The notes beneath the pieces were generated by a model. That model had not been told where the DNA came from, searched no databases, and was given only the letters and a program-made list of their open reading frames with translations. The position numbers and the translations under genes are program-made. This document shows, piece after piece, positions 52,121 to 64,000 of a DNA stretch of 64,000 nucleotides (positions are counted from its first letter, which is position 1; every line of letters starts with the position of its first letter). The stretch is from Felis catus (taxonomy: Eukaryota). Location of the stretch: positions 9,860,001 through 9,924,000 of the forward strand of contig NC_058383.1 in the NCBI RefSeq assembly GCF_018350175.1. Reading direction: 5' to 3'.

Positions 52121-52274
52121 GGGGCACCTGGGTGGCTCAGTCGGTTAAGTGTCCGACTCTTGATTTCAGCTCAGGTCAATCAAGACCCGCATCCGAACCC
52201 CATCAGGCTCTGTGCTGGGTGTGGAGCCTGCTTGAGATTCTCTCCCCCCTCTGCCTCTGCCCCTCCCCCTACGT

Positions 52275-52317
<43 letters not shown>

Positions 52318-52328
52318 AAAAAAAAAAA
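52121..52328 (+). mobile_element. Can-SINE
   Basis: TSD atgtatcctaag; long (CT)n. Confidence 0.88.
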
Positions 52329-52474
52329 TGTATCCTAAGGTAAGAAAAGGTTAAGAGCAGTTAATTTTTTAGGTCTGGAAACACTAAAAAAATGTTTCCA
52401 TATAAACTAATGGTAATTGCTTTTTCACTTTATTGCATTTCAGTTAATGAGAGATTTCATAGAAACACTCTACT

Positions 52475-52632
52475 TTTTTATATATTTTGAGAGAGTGCAA
52501 GAGAGTAGGGGAGAGGCAGAGAGAGAAACCCAAGCAGGCTCCGCCTGTCAGCACAGTGAGCCGGAACTCACAAACCATGAGATCATGGCCTGAGCTGAAG
52601 TCAGCCACTGAACTGAGCCACCCAGGTGCCCC
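52475..52632 (-). mobile_element. Can-SINE
   Basis: TSD cactctacttttt. Confidence 0.85.
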
Positions 52633-55274
52633 CACTCTACTTTTTGATAGCAGGGAAACCTGTACTACTTGATTTTGTTGCTCAAATTCTTCCCATTTTG
52701 GCCACCGGGAGAGCTTTCAGTTGGCTCCCATGTCCCTGCGACAGTCCTCTATTATTGCAGAGGTTTTTCCCACGGTTGTTTGGTTTTGAGCATTCCTAGC
52801 ACTAGGAGACTCATGGCTTAGCTTGTGTATTTCCTCCCCCAGTCCTCGAAGCAGCCATTTCTCCAAGGACCCCTGGTTCCATTTCACTGGAGAATGGTAT
52901 TAGGAGCCAAGATCTGGATGCCAGGTGACCTGTGCCTTTTAATTTTAATATGTGACCACTAGAAAGCTTAAATCTACACATGTGGCTCTTCTATTTCTGT
53001 AGGCCAACACTGTTTTAAGTCTCCTCTATCCTAAAAAAGCCTTCCCTTAATCCCACCTTCTCTCAAATTCGTGACCCAGTTCTCTTCTTCCCTTCCCCAT
53101 CAAGCTGCTTAAAACAAGAATCAGCAGTCATTGCCTTTACTTCTTCCTCACGTGCTGTTTAATTCCCTGCAGTCTGGCTTCCCACCCTAGTCCACTGAGA
53201 TGGCTTCCTCCAAGGCCACCAAGAATCTCCTAATATTCCTCAGGCCTTTCCTGCTGAGGCTGGGGTTTCACGGCACTGTTGGCACACCTTCTTTGCTGGA
53301 AAGCTTTGGCTTCTGTGACCTTTGCTGCTGGTACACACCCCCCCACCCCCAGTTCTCTGACCATTTCTACGTTTCCTTGGCAACCTTGTCTAAGCAGCTC
53401 CTTTAAGTTCTGGTGTTCCATCCTCTGACCTCCTTTCTGCCAGTCTAGTATTTCCTCCTGGGGCAGACTCCCTCCCTTCCACACCGTCATTGCTACAGAA
53501 CAAAGTTAATACGCACTAAAGTAGCATCAATGGCCCTCCCTGGTCTGGCCTCCACCCCCGCACCAGGTGCAGCTCCAGCCGCAGCACCCCTCGGTGGACT
53601 AGACCCCCAAAAGCTCTTCCCCTCTGCCTGTATTCCACTTTTTTTCAGCTAAAATGCCAACTCCGCATAAAGAATTCACTGCTCTTTCCTCTGCCTTCTC
53701 CATATTGGGTGGATCTCTCGGGTGCAAGCAGAAACACGAACTCTGGCCGGCCAAACAAAAGAAGGGATTTACTAAGTGAGCGCAGAGGTGTCTATTGGCA
53801 CCTGGGGCTGGGGGGGTGGGGGGGAGCCGAAAGGTGAACGCACAACGGTAGTTGAGATGAGCTTAGAGAAGGGAGTATTTATAAAAGAATGGTCAGAGTT
53901 AAGGGAAATCATAAGAGATGGTGCAGACTCAGGGCTAGTGACAGAACTGCTCGCCGCCCGGCCTGAAGGAACAAAGGAGAGCAACAGAGGAAGGGACCCC
54001 CTGTTAGTGATCTCTGGATGAGGAAAGCTGCCAACCCACAGCCAGGCAGGCAGGAAACCAAAAAAATAAGTACTTGAACTCCTTCTCCTGCCCTTGGACC
54101 TCCTACCAGTGCCTCCCATCTGCTGACCCCAACAGGAAGCTAGAGGGTTTTGGGTTCCACCGGGACCAGCCTCCCAGGACACAGAACAGGGGGGAGAGGT
54201 GGAGGGGAGTGGATGCAGAGGGTGACAATCTTCAGCCCAATCATGGAACTGAAGGAAGAGCTTCATAACCAAAAACCAGGTCTGCAAGGTGTCAAACACG
54301 CAGGAGCCAGGGCCAAGGCCTCACAGATTCAGCCGGTAAAGATACAACAAGCACCTTTTGGTTCAGACAGCCGATTACTTACATGGGCAGAAGGAAGATC
54401 GGCCGAAGGTGCCTCACGGTCCTTGTTGCACACAACGGAAGGATGGCTGCAGTGAGGGCTGGGGGATCTCCTGTTGCTGAGAAGCCAGTTCTAGATGCAG
54501 CCAGGCTATTTTACCGTCTACAGCTCTATTCGGAAGGAGGTGGGGCCGGAAGTCTCAGACCTATCAGAGCCTGGGAGGTGATGGTTCCTGACTCTCCTAT
54601 GGGATAAGGTCAGTGGAGACGGCCTTGGGTCGGTGCCTCACAAGCCTCCCATCCTCTCTGGTTCCTGGAGGATCTCCCAGACAGCCTGCAGGTCAAGCCT
54701 TCGCCTGTGTGGCCAAGGTGAGTAAGTGCCAGGGGACCAGGACACAGCTGTTCCCCACAGAGGTCTCTCAGGCAGCTCCACAGACCTCAGTGGCACAAGG
54801 CTGGGGAGCTTCTCTCTAAAGCACCAGGTCTCAGATGCCTCGGCCGCAGCCACTCTCTCTTCCATTTTTCAAATTCTTGGCAGAGAATTCAGCTGTCCCA
54901 GCCTCAGTCTGGAACGGACACCATCAGCTGTGGCCAGGGGCAGACTCACCACGGACAGAGGGAGGCTCTGAGCCACTCCTGTGCGCCCAGCAGCTTTCAG
55001 AGATAGGCCACACCCATCTAGACCCTACTTGCTTCTGCTCTGAAGCAGTGTTATTTCCATCCCAACGAATGGTGAGGGAAGTCGAGAGAGAGGCCTTTGA
55101 AGACAGCGAAGACAGAGTGATTGGCGCGACTCTAACCACAGCCCAGCCTGCACGGCGCAGAGGCAAGATCTGACCTGACTGGAAGCTGGAGCAGTTTTAA
55201 AGACCTGAGTGTAAAGCGGCATATGTACAGTTGTTAACATTTGCAAATCATCTAAAGAGAAAGACGGTATCAAA

Positions 55275-55280
55275 TTTATT
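55275..55280 (-). terminator. Candidate polyadenylation signal, TRIM50
   Basis: TTTATT on +, about 360 nt past the stop codon. Confidence 0.6.
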
Positions 55281-55638
55281 ATCCTTAAGTTCACAATGAC
55301 ACGGAGAAATCACGTGCGGGAATGTTTCCAGCTTCAGTTAAAAGAGGAAGCAGAAAGTGGGCTTAGGAGGGACCAAGGGAAGCCTATCTTAACCCGTGGA
55401 CACCCAGGCCTGGTTCTGCTGGTTTATGAGGAGGTGAATAACCCGGCAAAAGGTGAATCAATAGGCCCCTGGCTGTAGGGGAAGGGATTAGGGTCCTTTT
55501 CTTCCTATCATTAAACGTTTCTAGGAACACACAGGCGTGAAGACCTTCCCACACGGTAAAGAACATCATCTCTGCACACTGGACCCAGCGGAGCCCCGGC
55601 TGGGAAGAGCCCGCGGGCAGGCAGACCGACCGGCAGCC

Positions 55639-63230
<7,592 letters not shown>

Positions 63231-63677
63231 CTAGAACACAGGGCAGCTTTCTCAAGTCTGTTCCCTCCGCACTGTGCCCCCAATCCCCCCGCCAAGTGCC
63301 ACTGGAAGTTAAGAGTGCCTTAGGGTCTCCAGGCCTGGATTCCAATCCCAATGCCTATGACCTTGGGCCTATTTCCCATCTTTATTTTCTTTTTAATTTA
63401 TTTTTGAGATCATGACCTGAGCCAAAGTTGGACACTTAACCAACTGAGCCATCCAGGTGCCCCTTTCCTATCTTTAAAATAAAGGGCTTAATTGGGGGGG
63501 AATCACTTGTAGATACAGGATTCTACATTTTTCACCCCAATTTGTAGGTAAACACAAAAGGGGCCGTCTGCTGGGTCATCTGGAGTGACACCAACAATGT
63601 GCCCTCCAGCCGCAGTAGGCGTACTGACTCAGAACTGGACAGCAAAAACAAGCAAAGGTCCTTCCCACTTTCTAGAT

Positions 63678-63840
63678 CAGTTCTCAAAACTGGCGAGCAA
63701 CTGTTGGAAGCACGATAACAACCGATTCCTGCGTCAGCCCCTCACACATACTCAGTGAGCCCCAGAAATCTGCATTTACAATAGCACCCTCCTTCCCCAA
63801 GGTCATTCTAAAGCAGAGAGTGCTGTCTTAACAACACTGT
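63678..63840. mobile_element. MER5-like hAT MITE
   Basis: cagttctcaaa...gattcctgcgtcagcccc...aaatctgcatttac. Confidence 0.5.
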
Positions 63841-64000
63841 TCTGGAGAGTCGGAGACCGAGGAGGGTAGCCTCCTAAATTCGCACCCACTCCCTGTGCAA
63901 AATGATCGGCACTGAAAAAGGACAAGCACCAGGTGCAAGTTGGCCACGGACCCAGGGAGGGCCCCCACAACGAACTACCTGCTTTCTCACAATCCACTGA

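Larger units (their letters stand above)
51786..52662. mobile_element. TA-flanked Tc1/mariner (Tigger-like) DNA element inserted in an old L1MC-like 3' end, carrying two SINEs
   Basis: ta|caggtaacccccg...gcagggaaacctg|ta imperfect TIRs; L1-like text resumes on both sides. Confidence 0.7.

Noticed and set aside
53700..55250. ORFs between the NSUN5 promoter and the TRIM50 3' end
   Set aside because: No domain signal or coherent exon structure; partly old repeat-like sequence.

Overview
Mammalian genomic DNA from a felid, judged by the abundant tRNA-derived Can-SINE/SINEC_Fc-type elements; the exact species cannot be fixed from sequence alone. Three spliced protein-coding genes can be rebuilt exon by exon with GT-AG junctions and consistent phases. 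POM121 (+) has 13 coding exons, 10311-34572, 1201 aa. NSUN5 (-) has 9 or 10 coding exons, from 49902 down to 37144 (430 aa) or 36864 (494 aa). TRIM50 (-) has 6 coding exons, 63218-55639, 487 aa. This is the POM121-NSUN5-TRIM50 block that in human lies in the 7q11.23 Williams-Beuren segmental duplications. The accessory content includes a 5'-truncated RBMX retrocopy with TSDs, many SINEs, L1/L2/MIR/MLT/MER5/Tigger relics, and a nested insertion in the 10.1 kb NSUN5 intron 4. There an L1 is split by a two-LTR provirus with class III (ERV-L/ERV-S-like) pol remnants, a gamma-type env TM remnant and an Arg-tRNA-like PBS, and the provirus itself carries a Tigger MITE, SINEs and two CTCF-like motifs. 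I found no convincing wholly new biological system. The best leads are this provirus, an apparent stop-loss extension of the long NSUN5 isoform, a local AT-to-GC substitution bias, and the tightly abutting POM121/NSUN5 3' ends. Repeat family names and comparisons with human proteins are from recall, not database searches; repeat boundaries are approximate unless TSDs are quoted.
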